Assembly: GCA_039831155.1 (NCBI GenBank)
Contig: JBDONT010000033.1
Coordinates: 1-50,502, forward strand
Direction of reading: 5' to 3'
DNA: 50,502 nt
Origin: Nautiliaceae bacterium
GTDB lineage: Bacteria; Campylobacterota; Campylobacteria; Campylobacterales; Nautiliaceae
Shown one piece after another: positions 19,863-29,033 of the stretch (within the stretch, counting starts at the first letter, position 1; every line of letters begins with the position of its first letter). The notes under the pieces are model-generated. The model was given only the letters and a program-made list of their open reading frames with translations. It did no database searches and was not told the DNA's origin. A program made the translations under genes and the position numbers.

Positions 19863-20585
19863 ATGAATAAATTTCTAGAGCAGTTAATCGAACTAAACAG
19901 ACTTGAAAGAAAGTTAAAAGAACTTGAGCCTATTGAAGCCGGAATTAAAGCACCTTTACTTAAACTTGAAAACCAAAAAAGAACCCTAGAAGAGAGACTT
20001 GAAAAACTTGAAGATGAAATTAAAAACATTAAACTAAAAAGAAGTAAAAACGAACTTTTAATAGCAGAGCTTAAAGCAAAACTTCAAAATATAGAGGAAA
20101 AACAAAACAAAGTAAAAAGTGAAAAAGAGTTTAAAGCTTTACAAATAGAAGAAGAACTGGCAAAAGAACAAATAGAAGTAGCAAACGAAGAAATCGCAAA
20201 ATTTGAAAAACAGCTTGAATTAAAAGAAGAAGAAAAACAAGAAATTTTAAAAGAGATTGAAAAATTAGAAGCCGAAATTACTCTTTTAGCAGTTGATGTA
20301 GAAAAAAAATTACAAACAGTAGAAAAACAAAAAGAAGCCATTTATAAAGCTAAAGAAGAGTTAATTAAAGAAATGAGCCCTAAAATTTACGCATTTTATG
20401 AAAAAATTAAAAGATGGGCCGGAATTACGGCAGTAACACCTGTTAAAAAACAAGCGTGCAGTGGATGTAATATGAGAATTAACGATAAAATCTTCTCTGA
20501 AGTCATAAAAGGAGAAGAGATTGTAACGTGTCCTCACTGTGGTAGAGTACTTTACATAGAAGATGAAGACAAAGTGGAGAAGTAG
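19863..20585 (+). CDS. Coiled-coil C4-type zinc ribbon protein (H. pylori HP0958-like)
   Basis: Long coiled coil, then CSGC...CPHCGRVLY; lies between nif3 and waaA. Confidence 0.9.
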   Translation: MNKFLEQLIELNRLERKLKELEPIEAGIKAPLLKLENQKRTLEERLEKLEDEIKNIKLKRSKNELLIAELKAKLQNIEEKQNKVKSEKEFKALQIEEELAKEQIEVANEEIAKFEKQLELKEEEKQEILKEIEKLEAEITLLAVDVEKKLQTVEKQKEAIYKAKEELIKEMSPKIYAFYEKIKRWAGITAVTPVKKQACSGCNMRINDKIFSEVIKGEEIVTCPHCGRVLYIEDEDKVEK

Positions 20586-21727
20586 TGATTCTTACCTTTT
20601 TTTACTACGTTTTTTCCACTTTTTTATATATTCTTTCTCTTCCTTTTTTAATTATTTTAAGCTTTAAATCCAAATATAAAAAATCGATTCCGGCTAGGTT
20701 TTTTTTATATAAAAACCCTCCTTTTAAAGATTATACCTACTATTTTCACTCCTGTTCACTAGGCGAAACAAAAGCCCTAAAACCAATAATAGAAAAATTT
20801 GAAAAAATAAATTTAAGCGTAATTACAAATACCGGTTTTGAAGAAGCTAAAAAATATAAAAACGCAGAGGTAAGATTTTTACCTTATGAAATATTTTTGC
20901 CGTTTTGGTTTAGACCCTGCAAATCCTTAGTGGTAATGGAAGCCGAACTTTGGTATATGCTGTTTTTAATAGCAAAAAAAAGATGTCAAAAGACAATTTT
21001 ACTAAACGCAAGAATCAGCGAAAAAAGTTTTCCAAAATATATAAAGTTCAAATGGTTTTACAAAAAGATTTTTGATAATATAGACCTGGTTTTAGCCCAG
21101 TCATTAAAAGATAAAGAGAGGCTAAAAAAACTAGGAGCCAAAAACATACTAGTAACGGGAAACATTAAAACCTACTTCAAACCAAATATCACAACCGAAT
21201 ACATTAAAAAGAAAAAATTAATAATCTTAGCATCAACTCACAAAAACGAAGAAGAACTTTTAATAAAAGAAATTCCAAACGAATATCAAGTAGTAGTAGT
21301 TCCTAGACATCCGGAAAGGTTTGAAGAGGTTTATCAAACCCTAAAAAAATACAAAAACGTAAAAAAAGCTTCACAACTAACTCCTAAAAACGGTAAATTC
21401 TTTTTAAAAGATGATTTGATTTTAATGGATAAAATGGGTGAACTTGTTAATTTATATAAAATTGCCGATATCGTAATTTTAGGAGGAAGCTTTGTGGATA
21501 ATGTAGGAGGTCATAATCCTATTGAAGCCGCTTATTTTAATAAACCCATAATAAGTGGAAAATACTTTTTTAACCAACAAGCCTTATATAAAGAAGTTGA
21601 AAATATAATAATCTCATCTCCTAAAAATTTAAAAGAAGACATAAAAAACGCAAAACCTACAAAAATAAAACATCAAGTCGACATCTATAAAATTATAAAC
21701 TTAATAAAGGTCGAAAATGATTTATGA
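20585..21727 (+). CDS. waaA: 3-deoxy-D-manno-octulosonic acid (Kdo) transferase
   Basis: HSCSLGE, EAELW, NARISEKS, ASTH, VPRHPERF, GGHNPIE. Confidence 0.95.
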   Translation: MILTFFYYVFSTFLYILSLPFLIILSFKSKYKKSIPARFFLYKNPPFKDYTYYFHSCSLGETKALKPIIEKFEKINLSVITNTGFEEAKKYKNAEVRFLPYEIFLPFWFRPCKSLVVMEAELWYMLFLIAKKRCQKTILLNARISEKSFPKYIKFKWFYKKIFDNIDLVLAQSLKDKERLKKLGAKNILVTGNIKTYFKPNITTEYIKKKKLIILASTHKNEEELLIKEIPNEYQVVVVPRHPERFEEVYQTLKKYKNVKKASQLTPKNGKFFLKDDLILMDKMGELVNLYKIADIVILGGSFVDNVGGHNPIEAAYFNKPIISGKYFFNQQALYKEVENIIISSPKNLKEDIKNAKPTKIKHQVDIYKIINLIKVENDL

Positions 21728-21998
21728 AATAAAAAACGATAAAATTATAATAAACATAAAAGCCCAGCCAAACTCCTCTAAAAACAAAATAACCCCTTAT
21801 AACGAAGAAATGATAAAAATCAACATAAAAGCCCCGGCAGTTGAAGGTGCCGCAAATAAAGAGTTAATTAAATTTTTATCAAAAGAGTTTAAAGTGGCAA
21901 AAAACGAAATAGAAATAAAAGGGGAAACAAGCAAAAGAAAAAGAGTCGTTTTACCTTATAAAAATGAAATTATAGAAAAGCTAAAAAAGTTTATTTAG
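21717..21998 (+). CDS. DUF167 (YggU/UPF0235) family protein
   Basis: AQPNSSKN, KAPAVEGAAN.ELIKFL, GETSKRK. Confidence 0.9.
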   Translation: MIYEIKNDKIIINIKAQPNSSKNKITPYNEEMIKINIKAPAVEGAANKELIKFLSKEFKVAKNEIEIKGETSKRKRVVLPYKNEIIEKLKKFI

Positions 21999-22521
21999 CT
22001 GTTTGATTTATTTCATTTTTTATAAAATGAAAATTATCCATCATTAAATTATCATAAATACATTTTTCAAGATTTGTATAAAATCCTATATAAAATTGAG
22101 GGTCTTTTACATTTCCACTAGCTTGAATCAAAAACTGTTTTCTCCACGGTACCGCTATAGGAAACACAACTCCTCCCATTCCGGCTTGACTTATCGAACT
22201 TTTCTTTTCAGATACCGAATAGCTAACTATCGTATTAATTTGCGTATTATTTCCTATTGTCTTTAGAGTTGAAGTAATAGTCAAAGAATAAATTTTATCT
22301 CCATTCGATTGTAAAATTCCATCTCCTTGGATAAAGCCGTCTTTTTCGCTTGCTTCTTTAATATTGATGTTGGATTTCAAAAAAACATCCTTGAGTCCCT
22401 CAAACACGACATTTTTAGGAAGAGGATATATTCTTTTGGTGTAGCAGTTATTAGAAACCACTCCTTGCATATTAAAAGCAAACAATGAAGAAAATAAAAA
22501 CAATAAAAGATACTTTCTCAT
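21991..22521 (-). CDS. Exported hypothetical protein (DUF2242-like by recalled motif similarity)
   Basis: Signal peptide; helix-strand pattern with DGFIQG and a C-terminal ASGNVKDPQFYIGFY. Family call is tentative. Confidence 0.6.
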   Translation of the reverse strand: MRKYLLLFLFSSLFAFNMQGVVSNNCYTKRIYPLPKNVVFEGLKDVFLKSNINIKEASEKDGFIQGDGILQSNGDKIYSLTITSTLKTIGNNTQINTIVSYSVSEKKSSISQAGMGGVVFPIAVPWRKQFLIQASGNVKDPQFYIGFYTNLEKCIYDNLMMDNFHFIKNEINQTAK

Positions 22522-22522
22522 T

Positions 22523-22846
22523 TTAATCCTCCACTTTTGGTAACTTACATCCGAAATAACCCGTATAATCCACTTTTCCGTTGTTAAATTTTATAGAAAA
22601 GTTTTTATATCTTCTCTCCTCCGTATCATCGTTTAAAACTACCCCTTCATAAATCCAAAGCTCATAATTACCCACCTTTTGAATTGTATCCGGTTCTTTT
22701 TTTAAGATTTTTAAAACTTCCGCTTTGGTCATTCCGTTATGAATTTGTGTTAAACCTTTTTTAGTTACCTGGTCTAATGTGATTTGATTTCCTCCACATC
22801 CAATAAAATAGAATCCCATCAAAACGGCAAGTAAAGATTTTTTCAT
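22523..22846 (-). CDS. Small lipoprotein, SmpA/OmlA (BamE)-like fold
   Basis: Lipobox FIGC, GMTKAEVLKIL..P, WIY, F.NGKV. Confidence 0.7.
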   Translation of the reverse strand: MKKSLLAVLMGFYFIGCGGNQITLDQVTKKGLTQIHNGMTKAEVLKILKKEPDTIQKVGNYELWIYEGVVLNDDTEERRYKNFSIKFNNGKVDYTGYFGCKLPKVED

Positions 22847-22893
22847 TATTTCTCCTTTTTCTAATTATATATTATTTATTATAGAATAATTTT

Positions 22894-24684
22894 TTAAATT
22901 TTTTTATAATTTTTTTTAAAATCTTTATAATAATCCGAAATATGTATCTTAATAATGTCAGAAATTTTATCATATACTTTCAAATCCGTTTTATGACTTA
23001 AAATATAAAGGTTATTTAGAATATGAAACAGTGACCCTCTTAGTAAAAACATTTCATTAGGATTTGTTTTATAAAGTTCGTTTATTTTATTATCAAGAAA
23101 ATCTATAAGACCTGTGAGCTCTTTTTTATTTTTTATTTTTTTACTTAAAACGTTTTTTACTTTTAATAAAATCTCTAAAATTTCCGGTTTTGGAAGTTCT
23201 AACTCTTTATCGCTAAAACAACTTAAAATCTCATCAATCGCTTTGGATTTGTCTATTTTCGGAAGTTTTGTAAACTCTAAAGGCTCACTTCCCTCTACAT
23301 AAACCCCGTCACTTAAATTATATACTTTTAGTTTCATAAACTTTATGAGCTGTTCTATGTTTTTTTTGGAAGTCAAAAACAAAGAGTTCGTATAAATATC
23401 GTCACTAAAATTTCCTTTTACTTTTATTCCGGTTGTTTCTACGTCTTTTTTATCGTCATAAAAACTTCCGCTTGCGTGTTTTTTTTGATTTAGTCTAAAC
23501 CCTAAATCCATACCACACAAATAAATCTCTCTTGTAAAATTAGCTGCAAAAGAAAATCCGGCATTTCCAACAAGAGGAGAAGAGCCTTGTAAAATAAATT
23601 TATTCGATAAAGAAAACCCTTCTCTATTATACACATGAGGATTTTTAGCCATTTTAAAAACATTTTCATTTACGACATTAGCCCCTACAAAAATTCCGTT
23701 ATAAGAAGGCAATACATCTTTTAAAGCGTCAACCAAAATATCGATTCTTTCTTGTTCTATATGAAAATCACTCTCTATTCCCTCTTTTAAAAGAGGCTTT
23801 AAAGCAGTACCTACTGATACTATAATCATAGAATCTTTATTCTCTTTTATAAATTCCATATTCTTCTCAAGACTCTTTCCGTTTGCAACTACACAAATAG
23901 GTACTTTTATATCTTTAGAAGAGGTCAAAAGGGGATATTTATTAAAATTTTTTACATAATTTTTAACCCCTTTCATCTCATCTTCATAAGTCCCCCATCC
24001 TCTTAGTTTAGAGACTCTAACCTCTTCAAATTTATTTTTAGCATCTTCTATTAAGGGATGATTATATGTAGTTAACGCTAAAGTTAAAAAGCTAGAAGTT
24101 ACTTTCCTCTCAAAATAGAACTTCTCTATCGCAAAATAATCCAAATATCCGTTTACCCACAAAAAAAATCTATCCCCTATTTTGTTATAAATTTTTTCAT
24201 AATCCACATAATATAAACTAATCGCAAAAAATTCCGGATTCGGTTCGTAAACAAAAAGAGACTGAAATTCAAAATTATCAACTAGTAAATCCAAATGTTT
24301 ACCGGCTAACAAACCAAAAATAGCAGTAGTCGGTAAAAAGTTTTTATCAAAATAAAAGCCTTCTTCCGTATAAGAAGAAAAAGAAGAGGCCTTTTTTATA
24401 AGTTTATTTATAATCTTCCCGGTAATATAAAACTCTTTTTCATCCCATTTATTGGGTTCGACATAAAAAAACTTCTTCTCCCACAAAGGGTTATGGGTAG
24501 GGAAAAAAGCGAACTTTTGAGAATCTTCGGTAATTGAAGTGTTATAAATAGGCCGATGATTTAAGTCAAATAAATTATCCTCTTTTAAATAAAAGTTTCT
24601 TGTTTTTAAATTTTTAATAAGTTCATAGTAAGAAGGTAAGTGAGTGTAAAAATATTTAATGTTTTTTTCAAAAAGCTTTTGCAT
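22894..24684 (-). CDS. maf: Motility accessory factor (Maf) flagellar glycosyltransferase family protein
   Basis: LFEKNI start, YEPN.EFF, VANGKSL, SVGTAL, IYLCGMDLGF...HA. Start taken as MQKLF (24684). Confidence 0.8.
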   Translation of the reverse strand: MQKLFEKNIKYFYTHLPSYYELIKNLKTRNFYLKEDNLFDLNHRPIYNTSITEDSQKFAFFPTHNPLWEKKFFYVEPNKWDEKEFYITGKIINKLIKKASSFSSYTEEGFYFDKNFLPTTAIFGLLAGKHLDLLVDNFEFQSLFVYEPNPEFFAISLYYVDYEKIYNKIGDRFFLWVNGYLDYFAIEKFYFERKVTSSFLTLALTTYNHPLIEDAKNKFEEVRVSKLRGWGTYEDEMKGVKNYVKNFNKYPLLTSSKDIKVPICVVANGKSLEKNMEFIKENKDSMIIVSVGTALKPLLKEGIESDFHIEQERIDILVDALKDVLPSYNGIFVGANVVNENVFKMAKNPHVYNREGFSLSNKFILQGSSPLVGNAGFSFAANFTREIYLCGMDLGFRLNQKKHASGSFYDDKKDVETTGIKVKGNFSDDIYTNSLFLTSKKNIEQLIKFMKLKVYNLSDGVYVEGSEPLEFTKLPKIDKSKAIDEILSCFSDKELELPKPEILEILLKVKNVLSKKIKNKKELTGLIDFLDNKINELYKTNPNEMFLLRGSLFHILNNLYILSHKTDLKVYDKISDIIKIHISDYYKDFKKNYKKI

Positions 24685-24690
24685 TATAAA

Positions 24691-24723
24691 TCCCAAAAAA
24701 AGAGTTTTTGGGAAATTATATCA
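24691..24723 (-). promoter_or_regulatory. Extended -10 (TGATATAAT, 24715-24723) directly after the flgE stop, plus inverted repeat TCCCAAAAA..TTTTTGGGA (24691-24713)
   Basis: Both elements read directly from the flgE-maf gap. Confidence 0.55.
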
Positions 24724-27387
24724 TTATTGTTTTAATTGTAAAAGAGTGTTTAACATCTGGTCGGATGTGGTGATTGTTTTTGAATTTGCCTGGAAACCTC
24801 TTTGAATAACGATAAGTTGAGTTAAACTTCTGCTTAAATCCACGTTACTCATCTCAAGGGCACTTGGCTGAATACTTCCCCTACCACCTGTTCCGGCAGT
24901 ACCTATAATAGGCTCACCGGAGTTTGGAGAAGCACTAAATAGCGTACCACCCTCACTCATAAGTCCTTCATTGTTTACAAATTTAGCCAAAGCCACTTGA
25001 GCCAGTGAATAACTTCTACCGTTTGTAAACACCCCTATAATAGTTCCCGTTTGGTCTACTACAAGTTGTTGTAAATCACCTCCTGGGTATCCGTCTTGAG
25101 TCTGTCCACTGGTAGCACTAGGTGCTTCAAAAGAAGTAAGCCCGTCAAACTCACCCAACGTTCCCAAATCAAGCTGAATCGATTGACCGGGAGTCGAACC
25201 GTTGTTGGCGTTAAATACTAAAGTCGGAGGGTTAAATGAATTGATACTACCGTCTGAATTAAACTTAACTTCCCCATATGCCGGGTCGTCAAGTGTGGAA
25301 GGTTCCGGAACTTCAGCATACCATTTCCAAACTGTCGGGTCTACCGGAGAAGTTGACGTATGAGATTTTCTAAAGTGAAGGGTTAAGGTATGCTTACTTC
25401 CAAGAGAATCGAAAATATCTATACTCGTAGTATGTACTGCCGCATTTAGAGGTTGAGCGTAAGTTGTGGCACCGTTTGCAACCGTACCGTTAATAGAAGA
25501 AAAAGCTTCCGTTAAAAGTGCGTTATCGGTATCTGCGTCCGGATATCCGGATACCGTAATACCAAAAGAATTACCGGAAACATTAGATACCGCAAGTTTC
25601 CCGTTTTCATCTAAAAACACATTCGCTTTTACTCCGTTTATAGCATTTTCATTTCCCAGTAAATCATTACTGTCATCAACCGCCATTTGCCATAAATTAA
25701 CCAAATCTTCTATATTATGAAAATAATAAATATCTTTTTTTTGAAAAACGTTACTTTCCGTTCCGTTTCCGTCAAGCCCGCTAAGAATAGTACCTACGTT
25801 TCCCAAAGGAGAAGTATCGGTTACCGCAGCGGTTGAATTTGAATCGGTATAAACGCTTACACTGTCAATTGAAGCCCCGCTACTGTCACTTTCAACTATT
25901 TTTCCGTCTTTATAAGTTACCGTAATAGGAATGTCGTCGTTTTGAAGTTTTTCGTTTAATCTACAAACCAAATCGCTAATAGTGTGAAATCCGGTATTAT
26001 CTTCCATTCCGTAATAGAAAGTGTAAGTGTGGGTATCACCTGCGGTATCGTGAACTTTAAATTCAACCTTATTATGCCCTACCACTTTATTATTAGAGTC
26101 TCTTACCACACTAAAAGCGGCTTTATTTCCGTTTGAATCGTAAGTCCAATGAAGCCCCTCATTAGAGTCGGAAGTAATGGCACTTCCTAAATAACTTCCC
26201 GTATTAGTGGAACACCCCTCACTCCCACCGTTAATATCTGAAGAAGTATATACGAATTTTCTAGTTTCATAAAGTCCGTCTATACTAACGGTTAAACCTT
26301 GTCCGTCTTTTAAATTTAAAGCATCTCCGTTTGAATTAAAAAGTTCTCCCACATCATCGGCACCAATAAAACTGTTTTGAATAGCTTTTATAGATTCGCT
26401 CATTCCGTTTTGATTAATAGCCGCCAAAATTTGTCCTAAGGTATTATTAGTGTCGGTTTCGGTAGATGAGCTGTAAGTAACACTTGCATTCACTGTAGGC
26501 ACTACAATCTGTCCGTCTCCGTTTAAAAATACGGAATATTCGCTGGCGTTATATTTCGCAACTTCCGGCAAAACTTTTCCGGTGGAGTCGTGGGTAATAT
26601 CGTAATTTAATTCATCAATCAAATCTTTAATAGTCGTAAAGGCTTTGTCGTGGTCCGAAGTACTTTTGGAATAAGTCAACGTTAAAGTATCTTTTGTTCC
26701 GTTTAATCTAGTAACCACAAACGTTACTTTATCTTTATCGGCAGTTAAAGATATTACATTCCCCGTAGCGTCATATAAGTTGTTTAAATCATCCATTGCA
26801 TCAACAGTAGCCCTACTCCCTGCCATTTCGGTAATATGGTCACCACTGTTTAAATTCGCTTTAATCTGTATTTTACTGGTCTCTTTTGCCGGAGTGGTAA
26901 GTCCCGGTGGAATGGAAATAGGTTTAACCCCACTTGCCGTATCTATATTATGAGTATCCGGGTCGGCCATCCATCCTTGAACTATAAATCCGTTCGGGTC
27001 TACAAAGTTACCTTCTGCATCAAAAGTAAAATCCCCCGCTCTTGTATATCTATATGTTTTACCTCCGTCGGCACTTACAATAAAAAATCCGTCTCCGTTA
27101 ATAGCCATATCTGTATTTTTATCGGTATTTTGAATACTTCCTTGCTTAAACATAGTCTCAACCGAACTGACAGTCGACCCAAGTCCTATTTGTAAAGAGT
27201 TTTTACCTCCCAAATCTCCTTGAGGGGCCGTTGCACTTTTTACGGTTTGAGATAAAAGGTTTTGAAAATTAGTTCTACTATATTTAAACCCTACCGTATT
27301 GACGTTGGCTATGTTATTAGCCTCCACGTCCATAGCAACCTGATGAGCGTTAAGTCCACTGACTCCACTCCACAAACTTCTCATCAT
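24724..27387 (-). CDS. flgE: Flagellar hook protein, long form (about 887 aa)
   Basis: MMRSLWSGVSG...NNIANVNTVGFK, YTRAGDF, LEMSNVDLSRSLTQLIVIQRGFQANSK. Start placed at 27387 after an AAAGGA SD, not at 27450. Confidence 0.97.
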   Translation of the reverse strand: MMRSLWSGVSGLNAHQVAMDVEANNIANVNTVGFKYSRTNFQNLLSQTVKSATAPQGDLGGKNSLQIGLGSTVSSVETMFKQGSIQNTDKNTDMAINGDGFFIVSADGGKTYRYTRAGDFTFDAEGNFVDPNGFIVQGWMADPDTHNIDTASGVKPISIPPGLTTPAKETSKIQIKANLNSGDHITEMAGSRATVDAMDDLNNLYDATGNVISLTADKDKVTFVVTRLNGTKDTLTLTYSKSTSDHDKAFTTIKDLIDELNYDITHDSTGKVLPEVAKYNASEYSVFLNGDGQIVVPTVNASVTYSSSTETDTNNTLGQILAAINQNGMSESIKAIQNSFIGADDVGELFNSNGDALNLKDGQGLTVSIDGLYETRKFVYTSSDINGGSEGCSTNTGSYLGSAITSDSNEGLHWTYDSNGNKAAFSVVRDSNNKVVGHNKVEFKVHDTAGDTHTYTFYYGMEDNTGFHTISDLVCRLNEKLQNDDIPITVTYKDGKIVESDSSGASIDSVSVYTDSNSTAAVTDTSPLGNVGTILSGLDGNGTESNVFQKKDIYYFHNIEDLVNLWQMAVDDSNDLLGNENAINGVKANVFLDENGKLAVSNVSGNSFGITVSGYPDADTDNALLTEAFSSINGTVANGATTYAQPLNAAVHTTSIDIFDSLGSKHTLTLHFRKSHTSTSPVDPTVWKWYAEVPEPSTLDDPAYGEVKFNSDGSINSFNPPTLVFNANNGSTPGQSIQLDLGTLGEFDGLTSFEAPSATSGQTQDGYPGGDLQQLVVDQTGTIIGVFTNGRSYSLAQVALAKFVNNEGLMSEGGTLFSASPNSGEPIIGTAGTGGRGSIQPSALEMSNVDLSRSLTQLIVIQRGFQANSKTITTSDQMLNTLLQLKQ

Positions 27388-27416
27388 AACTAAATCCTTT
27401 AGATTTTTTTCTTTCC

Positions 27417-27434
27417 AAGCAAATTTTATTCCTA
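27417..27434 (-). promoter_or_regulatory. Sigma54 (-24/-12) promoter for flgE
   Basis: Minus strand TAGGAATAAAATTTGCTT = GG-N10-GC. Confidence 0.85.
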
Positions 27435-27441
27435 AAAAAGT

Positions 27442-27459
27442 TTGGAACACCTTTTGCTA
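27442..27459 (+). promoter_or_regulatory. Sigma54 (-24/-12) promoter for the flgI operon
   Basis: TTGGAACACCTTTTGCTA = GG-N10-GC. Confidence 0.9.
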
Positions 27460-27481
27460 TTCCTTTTCAAAAAGGAGTTAT

Positions 27482-28474
27482 ATGTTTTTTTTAATTGACA
27501 GATTCGAAAAAATGCTGGGGATTATGTTTTTACTCGTTTTTTATATGTTTATATCAACAAATCTATTTGCCGCAAAAATAAAAGACGTAGCAAATATAAT
27601 AGGTGTAAGAGATAACCAATTAATAGGATACGGTCTTGTAGTAGGACTTAACGGAAGCGGGGACAGCTCTTCGAAATTCACAAATCAAACTCTCTCAAAC
27701 CTGCTTAAAAACGTAAACGTAAAATTAGATCCAAAAGATATAAAATCCAAAAACGTAGCGGCCGTAATGGTAACTGCAACGCTCCCTCCTTTTGCAAGGG
27801 AAGGAGACAAAATAGACATAACCGTCTCTTCAATAGGAGATGCAAAATCACTTGAGGGGGGAGTTTTGCTAATTACCCCTTTAAAAGGCGTAAACGGGAA
27901 AATTTACGCCCTAGCTCAGGGACCTATAACAATAGGAGGATTCAACACAAAAGGTGGAAAAAAACAAAAGCACTTCACAACCACCGTAAAAGTTATAAAC
28001 GGAGCTACGGTAGAAAGAGCCGTGGCGTGGGATTTATACCATACGAATAAAGCCACCTTATCTTTAAAAAGAAGCGATTTTAACTTAGCAATCAATATTC
28101 AAAAAAGAATCAATCAAGTTTTTAAAAATTCTGCAATTACAATAGACCCAAGAACAATTATTTTAAAAAAACCTAAAAACCTTACTATGCCTGAATTCTT
28201 AGCTCAAGTTGAAAACTTAAATATAAAAACAGAAATGCCAAATATTATAGTAATTGACGAAAGAACCGGAACGATTATTGCTGGGTCAAATATAACGGTA
28301 GAACCTACCGTAATATCATACGGTAACTTTATTATAAAAATAAAAAAAGAGACATCCATTTTAGAATTAACCCAAATGTTTCAAAAGTTTAAAGCGACAC
28401 CTCAAGATATTATAGCAATACTAGAAAACCTAAAAGCAAGTGAAGCGATAAACGCAAAACTGATAGTAAACTAA
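27482..28474 (+). CDS. flgI: Flagellar P-ring protein
   Basis: IKDVANIIGVRDNQLIGYGLVVGLNGSGD, KNVAAVMVTATLPPFA, SSIGDAKSLEGG. Confidence 0.97.
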   Translation: MFFLIDRFEKMLGIMFLLVFYMFISTNLFAAKIKDVANIIGVRDNQLIGYGLVVGLNGSGDSSSKFTNQTLSNLLKNVNVKLDPKDIKSKNVAAVMVTATLPPFAREGDKIDITVSSIGDAKSLEGGVLLITPLKGVNGKIYALAQGPITIGGFNTKGGKKQKHFTTTVKVINGATVERAVAWDLYHTNKATLSLKRSDFNLAINIQKRINQVFKNSAITIDPRTIILKKPKNLTMPEFLAQVENLNIKTEMPNIIVIDERTGTIIAGSNITVEPTVISYGNFIIKIKKETSILELTQMFQKFKATPQDIIAILENLKASEAINAKLIVN

Positions 28475-28483
28475 GGAGTAAAA

Positions 28484-28750
28484 ATGCAAATCAATATTTC
28501 AACTCATCACAAAATAGACATAACGGACACAAAAAACCTAAAAAAACTAAAACAGACGTGTGATGATTTTGAAAGTGAAATTCTAAACTTTTACCTAAAA
28601 GAGGCTTTAAACTCAAAAAACGCTCTTTTCCCAGAAGCCCCGGGAGAAAAAATTTATAAATCTATGTATCAAAAAGAGTTGTCAAAAGAGTTAAGCGGAA
28701 ATTTCGGTTACAGTAAATTATTATTCGATTATCTAAAAGAAAAGGTTTAG
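28484..28750 (+). CDS. flgJ: Rod-binding protein FlgJ (short form, no muramidase domain)
   Basis: LKQTCDDFES...GEKIYKSMY...SGNFGYSKLLFDYL, directly after flgI. Confidence 0.85.
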   Translation: MQINISTHHKIDITDTKNLKKLKQTCDDFESEILNFYLKEALNSKNALFPEAPGEKIYKSMYQKELSKELSGNFGYSKLLFDYLKEKV

Positions 28751-28764
28751 AAAATTGAAAAATT

Positions 28765-28772
28765 GCCGATTT
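28765..28772 (+). promoter_or_regulatory. Possible sigma28 -10 element (GCCGATTT) for flgM
   Basis: GCCGAT about 40 nt upstream of flgM; the -35 match is weak. Confidence 0.5.
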
Positions 28773-28808
28773 GATTGGGTAGAATTCCATTTAAAAAAAG
28801 GCTAATAA

Positions 28809-28994
28809 ATGATAAATAAAGTAGGAGTAAATTCCCGATTTAATCATATTTCTACCCAACAAAAAAAGACGCAAAACGTTCAAAAAGAAGAAAAAATAGG
28901 AAGGGTGGAAGAGATTAAAAAACGGCTTGAGAGAGGGGAATATAAAATAGACATAGAAAAAACGGCTCAAGCAATGGCAAAATCACTGCTTTAA
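28809..28994 (+). CDS. flgM: Anti-sigma28 factor
   Basis: RVEEIKKRLERGEYKIDIEKTAQAM C-terminal motif. Confidence 0.9.
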   Translation: MINKVGVNSRFNHISTQQKKTQNVQKEEKIGRVEEIKKRLERGEYKIDIEKTAQAMAKSLL

Positions 28995-29033
28995 TCTCCT
29001 CTTCCTTCCTAAAAAAACTAAAAAGGAAGGATA

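Noticed and set aside
22894-24684. Phase-variable homopolymer tract in maf
   Set aside because: No long poly-G/C tract seen; A/T runs are background in this genome and the frame is intact.
27388-27450. N-terminal extension of flgE in the ORF track
   Set aside because: It spans the sigma54 promoter; the SD and the conserved MMRSL start place initiation at 27387. The upstream starts of bamA, leuS and folC were trimmed for the same kind of reason.
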